64,000 bases of DNA from contig CM022679.1 in NCBI GenBank assembly GCA_012295275.1, positions 3,782,001 through 3,846,000 of the forward strand, given 5' to 3'. The DNA is from Chrysomallon squamiferum (lineage: Eukaryota > Animalia > Mollusca). The notes below the pieces were generated by a model. That model was not told the origin of the DNA and did no database searches. It saw nothing but the letters and a program-made list of their open reading frames with translations. Position numbers and translations under genes: made by a program. Shown one piece after another: positions 46,739-61,165 of the stretch (positions are counted from its first letter, which is position 1; the number at the start of each line of letters is the position of its first letter).

Positions 46739-48911
46739 CAAATCATAGTCATATTAATAATAACAATAATAATAATAATAATAATAATAACATAAATATA
46801 AATTAATTAAAAAGACGTGAAATTACAAAACAGAAGGCATTATTTCACCGGTTATGTGTTTTTTTTTCATTCGTATACTTAAGATAATAATTTTATATTT
46901 TAAATATATGTTGTACTAAATTGGATTTCATGTACTTATTAAAACTTAATACGAAACTAATCTACAAATCAGAACATGAAATTAAAATGAATTATTTTTC
47001 ATAATAATTCGTGTAGATTTTACTCTACTCTGAAAAACAGCAATCATAATTATAGTGTATGAATTTTATAATTGATATTGTAGTACTTCATTCGCAACTT
47101 CTAAGAAAAATATGAGATGTGATGTGTGAATTTTTGTCAAAAATAGCATTTAATTACAGCTTAACGAAGAAAAATAATGAAACAAAACAAAACAAAACAA
47201 AACAAAAAAACCCACTTACAAATCTAAAAATTAAATAAAATATGCAGCAAAAAAAAAAAAAAATAAATAAACAAAACAAAACAAAAACAACAGAAAATAA
47301 AAACACGTTGAATTACATATATCCTCGTGGTATCGGTTTTGACGCAGATAATCAACAGTCTCGCCTTGTGCAGAAATAACGATGTTTTTCTTGTTATTAT
47401 TGACAGAGACAAAACGTAATACATGATTAAAATATAAACATTAAATTCAGTATATACTGCGAGTTTTTGTTTGTTTCTAGTTACTGTGTAACATTCTTAC
47501 TCTTTTAATACGCAGAACGTCTGAGCTACTTCCTTAAAAATAGACTGAAGTGGGCGTGGCCTAATTGTATGACAGTTTTCTATCTGTCAGCAGACGGCGA
47601 TGTTTTGTGCAGTTTGTGACTGATCTTTTGTAGATACGGGGAACTGTTTATGTATGGCCAAACACGCGAATAGGAAGCATTGCTTTATTTGGTAAGTAGA
47701 AGAAAAACTTCAGTAAACAAAATCTTGTCCATGATTATGCGCACTTGCTATTTAACGAAGGTGGGTCAAAACCTATACCGAGACGATATATAAAAAATGT
47801 CATCATGGAAACACAGGTTCGTTGTTTGTTCATTAATACATAAACCTTTCAAAAGTATAATAAGGCAGCAAATATTAAGAAAAAAAATAAAATTAAAATT
47901 AAAGAGTAAAAATAAATAAAGAAATAAAGAAATAAATAATCAAATCATAGCATAATCAAAATTATAATAATAATAATAATATAAATAAAAATTAATTAAA
48001 AAGACGTGCGTATGAAATATATGTTGTACTAAATTTGATTTCATGTACTTATTAAAACTTAATACGAAACTAATCTATAAATCAGAACATGAAATTAAAA
48101 TGAATTATTTTTTGCATAATAATTCGTGTAGATTTTACTCTACTCTGAAAAACAGCAATCATAATTATGGTGTATGAATTTTATAACTGACATTGTAGTA
48201 CTATACTCGCAACTTCTAAGAAAAATATGAGATGCGAAATGTGCATTTTTGTCAAAAATAACATTAAATTGCAGCTTAACGAAGAAAAATAATGAAACAA
48301 AACGAAACAAAAAACAACCACATACAAAACAAAACAAAAAAACTCCACCTACAAATCTAAAAATTAAATAAAATAAACAAAAACAAACAATAAAAATAAA
48401 CAAAACAAAACAAAAACAACAGAAAATAAAAACACGTTGAATTACATATATCCTCGTGGTATCGGTTTTGACGCAGATAATCAACAGTCTCGCCTTGTGC
48501 AGAAATAACGATGTTTTTCTTGTTATTATTGATAGACATAACTTAATATCTATACATGATTAAAATATAAACATTAAATTGAGTATATACTGCGAGTTTT
48601 TGTTTGTTTCTAGTTACTGTGTAACATTCTTACTCTTTTAATACGCAGAACGTCTGAGCTACTTCCTTAAAAATAGACTGAAGTGGGCGTGGCCTAATTG
48701 TGTGACAGTTTTCTATCTGTCAGCAGACGGCGATGTTTTGTGCAGTTTGTGACTGATCTTTTGTAGATACGGGGTTGTTTATGTATGGCCAAACACGCGA
48801 ATAGCAAGCATTAATACATAAACCTTTCAAAAGTATAATATGGCAGCAACAATAAAAAAAAAAAGAATAAAAAAAAAAGAGAGAATTAATGAGTAAAAAT
48901 AAATAAACAAA

Positions 48912-48955
<44 letters not shown>

Positions 48956-48962
48956 CAAAATC

Positions 48963-49007
<45 letters not shown>

Positions 49008-49240
49008 TAAATATAAATTAATTAAAAAGACGTGTGTATGAAATTACACAACAGAAGGCATTATTTCACCGGTTATGTATTTTTTTTTCATACGTATACT
49101 TCAAATAATAATTTTATATTTTAAATATATGTTGTACTAAATTTGATTTCATGTACTTATTAAAACTTAATACGAAACTAATCCTACAAATCAGAACATG
49201 AAATTAAAATGAATTATCTTTCTTAATAATTCTTGTAAAT
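45910..49240. repeat. Triplicated ~1.1-1.2 kb tandem block in the 3' flank of tetraspan gene A
   Basis: The anchor aaaacacgttgaattacatatatcctcgtggtatcgg occurs at ~46066, ~47300 and ~48430, with long near-identical stretches. Confidence 0.93.
46090..46552. mobile_element. ~460-bp MITE with imperfect ~22-bp TIRs (copies at 47324-47782, truncated 48453-48812, partial 54520-54582)
   Basis: The left end ctcgtggtatcggttttgacgc pairs with the right end gggtcaaaacctataccgag. Flanks are TA-rich. The homologous flank of gene C (~61715-61750) lacks the element. Confidence 0.75.
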
Positions 49241-49373
49241 TTTCCTCCCTCATGGACAACTATTTTCAACGTCTGATGTCCCATACAAAACAATATCTCT
49301 AGCGTCATCAGTAAGCTAATATAAAACTGCGGAAAGCTGTTAATTTAATTACACTGTCTTCTGGATTTACGTT

Positions 49374-52300
49374 TTATACTCCATGTTGTTGATAGGCAGG
49401 TGGCTGAACGTAATTTGAAGGCTGAGGCACTGTCATATTTCCTGTCTGTTCAATATGTGCACCTATAGGGGGCGCTGTTGCCTGATTATATGTCGTCTGC
49501 GTAACAACTGTCGGATAGGACGTATTAGCCGCTGTCGTCGTCTGCTGAACGTTGGTGTAGTAAACTTGGGTTTGAGGCACTGTTACGGGATGAATGACAT
49601 GGCCGAAGCTTCCATGACTTTTTGTACTGACAGCGACAAGAATTCCAAATATGAGGGCGAGGACTGAGCCGATGATGTTAAGAGCAAACGACCAAGATAA
49701 ATGTACTGTAACGCTGCCTAGAGCAGATTCGAAAACGATGCCAATAAATCCACAGAACACGTCGACTATACATCCTAAAATACCTGAAATAAATAAATAA
49801 ATAATATAATAATAATAATCATAATCATAATCATAATCATAAACATAATCATAATAATAATAATAATAATAATAATAAAATCAAAGACAGTGATACTTTC
49901 GATGTCATTTACAATATGAGAAAGAACAGTGAAATACAAATCATGTAAAACATTAACAAGGAGAAAAAATAAGGCAAAGAATAATTAATTAAAACAACTC
50001 CAATACCAACAACATTGTTATCACTGCCATCTTAGTCGTCGACGTCGTCATCACATTAATGAAGAGAGTCTCAACTATTTACGTTTTGGAGACATCAGAG
50101 GTGAGTTTTTAGTAAGCTGGGAAAGTAGCCACCAGAACGACTGTGTCAAATTATCTCTATTGACTCATCTATCTATCTATATATATATAGCCATCTATCC
50201 AACCACCTGTCCATCTGTCCATCTATCTATTTCTGTCTGTCTTGCTTTATATATATATATCTCTATCTACCTACCTACGTATTTACCTATATCTGGATCT
50301 ATCTATCTATCTATCTATCTGTCTACAATCTACATAACCATGAGAAATATGTCTGCGCAGGCACTTACATATTTTTATTAATTTGTTTATATTCTGTGGG
50401 TAATACAGGTATATCTTGCATCATGTTATTATCATATTTTTACTAATTTTATATTCTGTGGGTAATACAGGTATATCTTACCTCCTGTTATTATCATATT
50501 TTTATTAATTTGTTTATATTCTGTGGGGTAATACAGGTATATCTTACCTCCTGTTATTATCATATTTTTATTAGTTTGTTTATATTCTGTGGGGTAATAC
50601 AGGTATATCTTACCTCCTGTTATTATCATATTTTTATTAATTTGTTTATATTTATATTCTGTGGGTAATACAGGTATATCTTACCTCCTGTTATTATCAT
50701 ATTTTTATTAATTTGTTTATATTTATATTCTGTGGGTAATACAGGTATATCTTACCTCCTGTTATTATCATATTTTTATTAATTTGTTTATATTCTGTGG
50801 GTAATACAGGTATATCTTACCTCCTGTTATTATCATATTTTTATTAATTTATTTATATTCTGTAGTTAATACAGGTATATCTTACTTCCTGTTATTATCA
50901 TATTTTTATTAATTTGTTTATATTTATATTCTGTGGGGTAATACAGGTATATCTTACCTCCTGTTATTATCATATTTTTATTAATTTGTTTATATTTATA
51001 TTCTGTGGGTAATACAGGTATATCTTACCTCTGTTATTATCATATTTTTATTAATTTGTTTATATTTATATTCTGTGGGTAATACAGGTATATCTTACCT
51101 CCTGTTATTATCATATTTTTATTAATTTGTTTTATTTATATTCTGTGGGTAATACAGGTATATCTTACCTCTGTTATTATCATATTTTTATTAATTTGTT
51201 TATATTTATATTCTGTGGGTAATACAGGTATATCTTACCTCCTGTTATTATCATATTTTTATTAATTTGTTTATATTTATATTCTGTGGGTAATACAGGT
51301 ATATCTTACCTCCTGTTATTATCATATTTTTATTAATTTGTTTATATTTATATTCTGTGGGTAATACAGGTATATCTTACCTCTGTTATTATCATATTTT
51401 TATTAATTTGTTTATATTCTGTGGGTAATACAGGTATATCTTACCTCCTGTTATTATCGTCGCACTTACTATGTTGGGTGACATTTCAGGAGAGCACGTG
51501 TTCACCACAATGGCCATGATTCCACCAAACACCAGGAATAAGAACGCCAGAATCTGAACAACTCGGAAACCATCGTAAACAGCTGAAGATACAATTAAAA
51601 CTCACATTTTATAATGAATGAATATAATTTATTATGGATGATTACAGTTTACAGTACATAAAGATAATTTACTATTATATAACTATAATGTTCCTTGTAT
51701 AAATATAATATACCGATATATAAAAATAATGCATTTTTTATAATCATAATGTACTGTTGTATAAGATTAATGTACTGTTATACAATTACAATGTACTGAT
51801 ACAGATGTGTAATGTACTGTTATATGATTATTATGTAGTGATATGTAAATGTAATGTCCATCTAATGTAAATATAAGTAAAATGGCCTGTTATATAATTA
51901 CAATGTTATATAAGAATAATGTACTAATACATAAGTATAATCTCCTCTTATATATGTATAGTGTAATTGCAACATGTACTGTTATATACGTATAATTACA
52001 TGTTATTATAATGTACTGTCACCTCAGTATAATAATGTACAGTTATGTAATTAAATGTACTGTTGCATAAGAATAATGTACCGTTCTACAATTAAAATGT
52101 GCTGACATATATGATAATATAACGATAGTGTACTGTCATATAATTGTAATTGTCAGTATAAATATTATATAAGTAACTTTGGGTGTACATGCAATCACAG
52201 GTTTGTACAATAAATAATTTTAAATAAAATGTATAGATATATTACATATAACTACCAGCTGTGATTCCAGATTATATAACTCACTAATTGGGACGAATCA

Positions 52301-52497
52301 GAATTACCTGCAACTCCAAACTGATAAGAACTACAAAATTCCATGGAAGCTGTGCAAGTCTGCCACAAGCCAGTCATCACATAGCTGCTCTCGAACCATG
52401 CAGGCGTGGCGAATCCAACCAGGAAAAAGAGAAAACTGAAAAACACACCAAATGTTCCTACTTTGTAGACAGTCGACGTCTCGGACCAGTTCGGCAT
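49374..52497 (-). CDS. Claudin/PMP22/EMP-superfamily tetraspan membrane protein, copy A (intact, 245 aa)
   Basis: Exons 52497-52308, 51582-51445 and 49783-49374 join in phase (738 nt). TM1 is followed by TPAW..GLWQTC..C (the W-GLW-C-C signature), then R before TM2, and LSWSFAL..G before TM4. The Q/T/P-rich tail carries PPAY and ends HGV. Confidence 0.9.
50380..51458 (-). repeat. Minisatellite (62-72 bp unit, ~16 copies) built from the exon-2 3' end and splice donor of tetraspan gene A
   Basis: Unit on the - strand is ATGATAATAACAGGAG|GTAAGATATACCTGTATTACCCACAGAATATAAA.. The first unit contains the modelled donor at 51444. Confidence 0.95.
51740..52165. repeat. Degenerate ~20-bp tandem repeat (aatgtactgttatat..) in intron 1 of tetraspan genes
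   Basis: Recurrent aatgtactg motif. Homologous tracts lie at ~57690-57960 and ~63270-63740. Confidence 0.7.
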
Positions 52498-54157
52498 GAT
52501 GTAAAAACTTGTTAATCCTCAGACAGAATCAGAAATGTATGTAATGAAGGTGTGTAGGTCTAATGAAACTATGTCACCCAGCGAGCTAAACGTTTTAGTC
52601 GGGTATGAAACAAGGAAGTTTGAAAATAGTCACAGTGTCCTTATTGATTGTGTGTGTTGCTAGTCAGAAGTAAACACTAAACAGGTTTTACCTGAACAGG
52701 CTGCGCAAATCAATAGGTGATCATTGTGTACATGTAAAAGACCACGATATTAGGTAAAGGCGCGGATCAAGAGGTGGTCCTATTGCATTTAATTTAGAAT
52801 GAAGAGTGGTACATTTCAAATATTATACATTTAATTTATAACGATGTTTGTTAAATTTCAAATATTAAATATTTAATTTAGAATGAAGGAAGATAAATTT
52901 TAAATATAATACATTAATCTGTAATAATGAAGATAATAATAACGATGATAATAATGATAATAATACTAATGACGATAATAATAATAAAAATAATGATGAT
53001 ATTAGTAATAACGTCAGTATTGACAAGTAAATCAACTGTGTACCTACTGAAACATCCACATATACAGCAGTGACATGAAATATAAAACCAGGAGATGTTT
53101 TGTTCATGGTGGTGGTGGCTGGCAAGCTTTCAAACTGAGGACTCTCTTTATATTTCAACTTGAATTATTACCAGAATTAAATCAACATTACTGTTAATTT
53201 AGAACAACAGCAATGATATATTTTATCCTAACATATTTACTGTATATATCTATATATCTGGGTGTTAATAAAATTACTGAAAATTCCATTTCACAAAAGT
53301 ATCATTTTAAAAATATATCATGTAGCAAGCAATCATTCCAAGAATAATATAACTGTCGAATTAGAGTAAGATATAAAGTGAAAAGTAATAGAACACAAAG
53401 AAAAGGTTACTGTAAAGCGAGTGTTTTTCATTGGCTCATTCTTCAGACTTCTCTTGAGAAAAATAATTCCTGAGTTTGTATGTAAACCAATGACGTCACT
53501 GGAGTGCGTGCTTTCGGTCATTGTGTACTCCATGTGATTGTGTGGAGGTAATAAAAAATATTAGTGTCTTATCACACTTACAAATATAACTACGTATCTT
53601 AATGTTAATTAATACAATCGTGAATATTAATTATTACATCTGATTTTCAGGACTAAGAAATGTTATTAATCACATTACTGCATATAACAAAATAAATAAA
53701 TAAATAAATAAAAATAATCATTAAAAAAATATATTACATTCAAATCAAAACAGCTGTTAATATCAAATTATTCATGCATACACACATTCTACACACAATT
53801 AATCTCCGTGTTATAAATTATTTAAAAACCATTTCTCTTGGTGGTGTTTTGCATATAATGCTACTGAGAGAGATCTCACTGTAAAATACTCCTAATGTTT
53901 CGATCACAATTTGAAAAATACGTTTTAATAATAAAAGAAAAATGGGCCGGATCTTAATTATTAGTAAAACTCGACTGTTATCTTTTATTGGACGCTGAGT
54001 ATCTCAAGAGAGCATCCTCATATCCCCAGTATCCCCCCAGAATATGATTACGTCAGCCTCAAAATTTACTGGATTTACTAAGAATACGAAACCGTACACA
54101 AATTTAAATATATGAGTAAATGCTGGGTTTCATTCTTTCTTCTTATTTCTTTTTTTT

Positions 54158-54189
<32 letters not shown>

Positions 54190-54306
54190 TTTTCTTGCAT
54201 TTGTTGTGGTGTTTTCTTTGACTGTTTTCTGCGCGAGTTCGTTACCGAATACTGTGTATACGCTAGAGTCTATTCAGACCTACATATGTATGTTTTTTTA
54301 TACATG

Positions 54307-54337
<31 letters not shown>

Positions 54338-54677
54338 GTATATGTGTGTACATTATTTAAGAAAATATGTGCATTTTTGTCAAAACTAGAATTTAATTGC
54401 AGCTTAAGAAGAAAAATAATAAAACAAAACAAAACAAAAACCAGCGACACAAAAAAGAACAAATACCTACAAACCTGAAAAAAAATATTTATATTAATAA
54501 ATTAAAATAAACAAAAACAAAGTCTTGTCCATGATTATGCGCACATGCTATTTAAAGAAAGTGCGTAAAAACCTATACCGAGACGATATATAAAAAATGT
54601 CGTCATGGAAACATAGGTTCGTTGGTTTGTTCGTTAATACATTAATACATACGTATACTTAAAATAATAACACTATA

Positions 54678-55385
54678 CAATGGTACCTCGAGTTACGAGT
54701 GCTCCAACTTAAGAGCAGATACGGGTCGATTTTTTCCTTTGAGTTGCGAGCCAACATTCGAGTTACGAGCGCGTTTCAGATATGCCGCTGCTAATAGGTG
54801 CAAAGAACAAGACAACAATCGCCCAGCATCCCGCGTCTCACTCGTTTACTTCACGTGGACACCTCGCCGCGGAAACATTTCTGTTGTGTTCTGTTCGAGT
54901 TTTCTGCTGTATTTTGCAAAACTTTTTTTTTCAGACCATGGATCCTAAAAAAGTGAGTGGAAAGGACAGTGCTGGGAAGAAGAAGCGGAAGATGTCCATT
55001 GAATTAAAGCTTGAATGTAGTCGACTTGGCTAGGCAGTACGATATGTACCATTCTGAAGCAGAACGAGTCGATAAAGGCTGTAACTCCAGCCAAAGGCGT
55101 AAAACTAATTTGTCTCATCTCCAAGATAAATACGCTTTACAAAACCAATTTATTTCTTTACATTTTCTTTTATTTTGTTTTTATACAATATTTGTCATTT
55201 ATAAATACATTTTTTATTGTTATTTAAAAACAGATTAGAAAAAAACCGGATGCTTTTGGGGGAGCTGGAACGGATTAATGGTATTTCAAACAATTTCAGT
55301 TGGGAGAATTCATTTGATATACGAGCAAACTGAGTTACGAGCTCGGTCACGGAACGAATTAAACTCGTAAGTCAAGGCACCACTA
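54678..55385 (+). mobile_element. Internally deleted Tigger/pogo DNA transposon
   Basis: TIRs ta|caatggtacctcgagttacgagt and actcgtaagtcaaggcaccacta|ta. An N-terminal transposase remnant reads MDPKKVSGKDSAGKKKRKMSIELK..VVDLARQY. The empty site is visible in the paralogous flank (~49100-49130). Confidence 0.9.
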
Positions 55386-56081
55386 TATTTTAAATATATG
55401 TTGTACTAAATTTGATTTCATGAACTTATTAAAACTTAATACGAAACTAATCTACAAATCACAACATGAAATTAGAATTAATTATTTTTTACAATAATTC
55501 TTGCAGATTTTGCTTTCTGATGAACAACTGTTTTCAAGTTTGATGTCGTATACAAAAAACAAACAAAAACCCCCGAATCTTTAGTATTATGACGTTTACA
55601 CGTTTCTCTATCGTCATTAGTAAGTTAATATAAAACTGCGGAAAGCTGTTAATTTAATTACACTGTCTTCTGGATTTACGTTTTATACTCTATGTTGTTG
55701 AACATAATTTGAAGCCGAAGGCACTTTCATAGTTTTGTCTCTTCAACAAGACCACCTCTAGGGGGCGCTCTTGCCTGATTATCTGTCGTCTGCGTAACAA
55801 CTGTCGGATAGGACGCATTACCCGCTGTCGTCGTCCTCTCAAGGTTGATGTAGTAAACTTCGGTTTCAGGGACATCATAGTGCACTTTTGCAGGCTGAAC
55901 GACATGGCCCAAGCTTATATGACTTTTCGTACTGGCAGCGACAACGTTTCCAAATATGATGGCGAGACGGTGTTAAGAGCAAATAACCAAGGTACATGTG
56001 CTGTGCCGCTGACATAGATGATGATGTCAATTCCATAGATTACGTCTTCGAGACATCCTAAAACACCTGAGATAAAAAAAA

Positions 56082-56120
<39 letters not shown>

Positions 56121-56368
56121 GTAATAATAAAATCCACGACAGTAATACTTTCGATATCCTTTACAATATGAGAAAGAATTTTGAAATAAAAATTATGTAA
56201 AGAAAATTAATAAGGAAAAAAAATAAAGAAAAGAATAATAAAATAAAATAAATAAAAATAAAATTGTTCTCTCAGCAGTCTGAACTATTTACATTTACGA
56301 TACTTCAGAGGTGAGTATTTATTAAGCTGGGAAAATAGACACCAAAATATCTGTGTCATATTATTGAC

Positions 56369-56580
<212 letters not shown>

Positions 56581-56583
56581 TCA

Positions 56584-56910
56584 AGCCAAACCGACCATAG
56601 CTGGCCTCGAACCAAGCAGGCGTGGCGAAGTCAACAAGGAAAAAGAGAAAACTGAAAAACAGCATCCTTATTGTATAGCATAGATAGGGAGTATTGCCTT
56701 GCCTGAAAAGACTGCGACATTTCCTAAGTCGCGGTTGAGTGAATCTGAAAAGATTGCGACATTTCCTAAGTCGCGGTTGTAAAACTGCTTATCATCCCTT
56801 GCATAGGTCATTTTTAGACTTGTAAAGCAAATAAAGCCTTTTATTTTCGTTCTGTCTTCTGTATCCCTGTGACGTCAGAGACATAGCAATATCTTTACCT
56901 CTACATTCAC

Positions 56911-56912
<2 letters not shown>
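56584..56912 (-). pseudogene. Ectopic partial copy of gene B exon 1 plus its upstream sequence inside gene B intron 2
   Basis: LFFSFLFFLVDFATPAWFEASYGRFGL plus the upstream element matches 58597-59112, with an internal deletion. Confidence 0.85.
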
Positions 56913-56970
<58 letters not shown>

Positions 56971-57072
56971 CTCTCTCTCTCTCTTTATCTTTCTCTCTTT
57001 CTCTCTCTCTCGATATATATATATGTATGTGTGTGTGTGTCTCTGTGTGTGTGTGTATTGTATGTGTGTGTG

Positions 57073-57117
<45 letters not shown>

Positions 57118-57177
57118 CCATAAGGAATATATCTTTGCAGTCATTTACACATTTTTATTAATTTCTTTATATTTGTA

Positions 57178-57488
57178 CACAGGCATATCTTACATCCTAT
57201 TATCATCATATTTTTATTAATTTGCTTATATTTATATTCTGTGGGTAATACAGGTATATCTTACCTCCTGTTATTATCATATTTTTATTAATTTGTTTAT
57301 ATTTATATTCTGGGGTAATACAGGTATATCTTACCTCCTGTTATTATCATATTTTTATTAATTTGTTTATATTTATATTCTGGGGTAATACAGGTATATC
57401 TTACCTCCTGTTATTATCATATTTTTATTAATTTGTTTATATTTATATTCTGGGGTAATACAGGTATATCTTACCTCCTGTTATTATC
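57178..57488 (-). repeat. Splice-donor minisatellite of gene B (4 copies of 70 bp plus 1 degenerate)
   Basis: Same unit as 50380-51458. Confidence 0.92.
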
Positions 57489-58257
57489 GTCCGACTTACT
57501 ATGATGGGTGACATTTGAGGAGAGCACGTGTTCACCACAATGGCCACGATTCCACCAAACACCAGTAATAAGAAGGCCAGAATCTGAACAGCTCGGAAAC
57601 CATCGTAAACACCTGCAGATAAAAGAAAACGTAAATTTTATAATTTATTATGGATGATTATAATTTATAGTACATAAAAAAATGTCAAATCAGAATAATG
57701 TACCGTTATGTAATTAAAATATACTTTTATTTATATATATATATTTTACTGTTATACGCATGTAATTCATTGTATATATTATTATAATGTACTGTCACAT
57801 TAGTATACTAATATACCGTTATGTAATTAAAGTGTACTGTTATATAAGAATAATAAAATAATAATAATAACACTGGTACATAGCTATAATGTAATGTGAT
57901 ATAGATAGGTACAATATAACTATAATGTACTGTTAAACTATTATAATTGTCAGTATAAATATTATATAAGTGACTTTGAGTGCAGACGCATCCACAGATT
58001 TGTAGAATAAATGATTTTAGATAAAATGTACATACATATTATAAAAATATCAGTTGTGATGTTGAAGCCAAGAAATCGTCAGATCACATGTGGGATAATG
58101 GAAAAAATCGCCAACAGAAAAAATCATAGTAACACAGTAAATAAAATTAATATGTCGTTGATTGTAATATAATGAAATAAGCTGACAAGAAAAATTGATA
58201 GAAGAAAAGGATATTGCATCTGTAACGGTAGTAAAATCTGATATGATGATACGAAAA

Positions 58258-58305
<48 letters not shown>

Positions 58306-58389
58306 CTCAAACAAAAAATATAAATAAATAAAGAATTAAAGCCAGAAAAATATAAAATAGACTACATTAATAGACTACATTATATTTAG

Positions 58390-58445
<56 letters not shown>

Positions 58446-58678
58446 TGAGTAAAAATATTCATGTACGTATCTATATTTGTATATGTGAACTGATTCCAGA
58501 TTATATAACTCAGAAATTAGGACGAATCAGAATTACCTACACGTCCAAATTCATAAGATGAACAAATATCCATTAAAGCTGAGCAAGTCTACCACAGGTC
58601 AAACCGACCATAGCTGGCCTCGAACCAACCAGGCGTGGCGAAGTCAACAAGCAAAAAGAGAAAACTGAAAAACAGCAT

Positions 58679-58980
58679 CCTTATTGTATAGCATAGATAG
58701 AGAGTATTGCTTTGCCTGAAAAGACTGCGACATTTCCTAAGTCGCGGTTGAGTGAATCTGAAAAGATTGCGACATTTTCTGAGACGCGGTTCAATAGCTG
58801 AATCTGAAAAGACTACGACATTAAATAAGGGCGAGTAACAAGTGGTGGATGATCTTTACTAAGAGTAACAGGTATCCACCCCTATTTTAGGTGACATTAC
58901 TTTTTTATTTATAGCTGAACCACTTTTTTCCTCTCTCTTGAAATTTACATCCTGGTCAGCAATGACGACTCCCCTTTGTA
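58679..58980. repeat. Foreign sequence replacing the start of gene B, with three ~41-46 bp internal repeats (ctgaaaagactgcgacatt..)
   Basis: Homology to gene A exon 1 stops abruptly at ~58675. The internal repeats start at ~58706, ~58748 and ~58804. A transposon origin is likely. Confidence 0.55.
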
Positions 58981-59118
58981 AAACTGCTTGTCATCCCTTG
59001 CATAGGTCATTTTCAGACTTGTAAAGCAAACAAAGCCTTCTATTTTCGTTCTGTATTATGTTTCTCTGTGACGTCAGAGACGTAGCAATAACTTTACAAC
59101 TACATTCACGTCTCTCTC

Positions 59119-59201
<83 letters not shown>

Positions 59202-59464
59202 ATTGTATGTTCTCTACGACTTAACAATACCTCTGTAGACAGATAATTAGCAACTTGTAAATTATTTCTTTTAGGAAGAAAGAAAAGGATTAAGTAAAAT
59301 TGTAGTTGTTGCTCAATACTATTGTTGTTGTTGTTATTGTTGCTGTTGATGTTGCTGTAATTATTATTATTATTCAAAACGTTATATGAATAATCCTGGT
59401 AGTTGGAGCTTTACCAGCACAAACGATTTCATACACTAAATATAATGTTACTAATGTGTGTGTG

Positions 59465-59498
<34 letters not shown>

Positions 59499-60804
59499 CG
59501 TTTGTGTGTGTGTATGTTAGTAACATACATTTTGTGGTTATGTCTTCTGTTAAGGATTGAATCCTATGACGCGTCAAGCTCTTAAAATACCTTCCCATCC
59601 CACCTAAATAAAACTTTTGATGGTTTGGTCAATATGATGAATCTAGTCGAGCAGTAAATAATTTAAAAATTTCTGAAGATGACACATGGACTGTATTAGA
59701 TGGGTATCAACTTTCTTAGAACCCAAATGAATGGAATAACGTCTAAACAAATTTCTCATCCTCACATTAGTCCTCTTGACTAATACTCAGTATAATACGA
59801 TATACTATATATATTTAATTTATTACTTTAGATGTTAACTAACGCATTTCAAAGAAAATTAAACCTTTTACAATTAAAACTTTCTGGCTGTTACTAAACT
59901 CGGTCAATTAAGAATAGCGATGCGAACAGTACTTTAGTTCCACTTGAGTACAAAACAAACGTGTATTTTGTTTTTGTGTTGTTGTTGTTGTTTTTTGTTG
60001 TTTTTTTTTTTTGTTTTTATTATTATTTTTTTAATGCAACCTTTGATAAAGATAAATTCGGACAATAACATAACTAGTTAAGGTTGAAAACAACAGTTTT
60101 TGTTTTTTCTTACTTTCTTGTACATATCTGGGTTGGTTGTACTGAAAAATAAGTATTTCATATCCTGGGCGTAATTGCTAAACTTATTTGGCACAGTAAA
60201 TAATGGTGATAATAAAAATAAATAAACATATATACATTAATAGTCCACACTCACAGGTAAGTAAATAAATAAAATAGTAAATTAATAAAACAAATAATAA
60301 AAAAATATAAAAAATATAAAAAAATAAATAAATAAAACGAAAACAAAACAAAAATGGATGAGAGGAGTTAAGTCCACGATCACCAAACTCAGAAAAGAAA
60401 TCAGAACAGGTTTATCTTGTAATTCACACACTGAAACAGTTATTATGGTGATCTTACAGTCATAGTAACATATAGTATTTAACAGATATCAAAATACCAT
60501 ACTGAGTAAATACTGATATAATTAATAAACAAAATACATTTTTTATAATATACATTCAGACCCACATAATAAAAGTTTTTATTAGTATAATGGCAATATA
60601 ATTATCACAATTTTTTGTGATTATATCTTCAAAATAAATTTTATATCAATGTTTTCAACTTTCGTTCTTTCATTTTGTTATATTAAACTGTTAACAGACA
60701 TTTTTTTCAGTTTATTCAGTAAGAAATAAAGTTGTCCGCTTTTGATCGTAATGCATATTAGAAATCATTGGATGCTTTATTATTCTCTCTCATGTAAACA
60801 AAAA

Positions 60805-61165
60805 TACATACATACATATAAATGCACACATACATACATACATACTTATATACATATACATGCATTCATACATACACAAGCATACATACATGCATATACA
60901 CATACATACATAGTAACGTACATATATATACATATATACATAGTAACATACATACATACATATACACATATACATACATACTCACATACATACTCAGATA
61001 CATACTTATATACATATGCATCCATTCATACGTACACATACATACTTATATACATATACATGCATTCATACATACACATCCATACACATACATACATACA
61101 TGCATATACACATACATACACACATATATAAGCACTCACTATTTACATACATAATACATACATAT
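60805..61165. repeat. Degenerate (ATAC)n/(AC)n low-complexity tract
   Basis: Directly visible. It is expanded relative to the homologous site at ~45465-45540. Confidence 0.9.

Noticed and set aside
50380-51458. CRISPR array, or a repeat-protein ORF (MIITGGKIYLYYP..)
   Set aside because: There are no unique spacers. Unit lengths vary from 62 to 72 nt and break the frame. The array is intronic.
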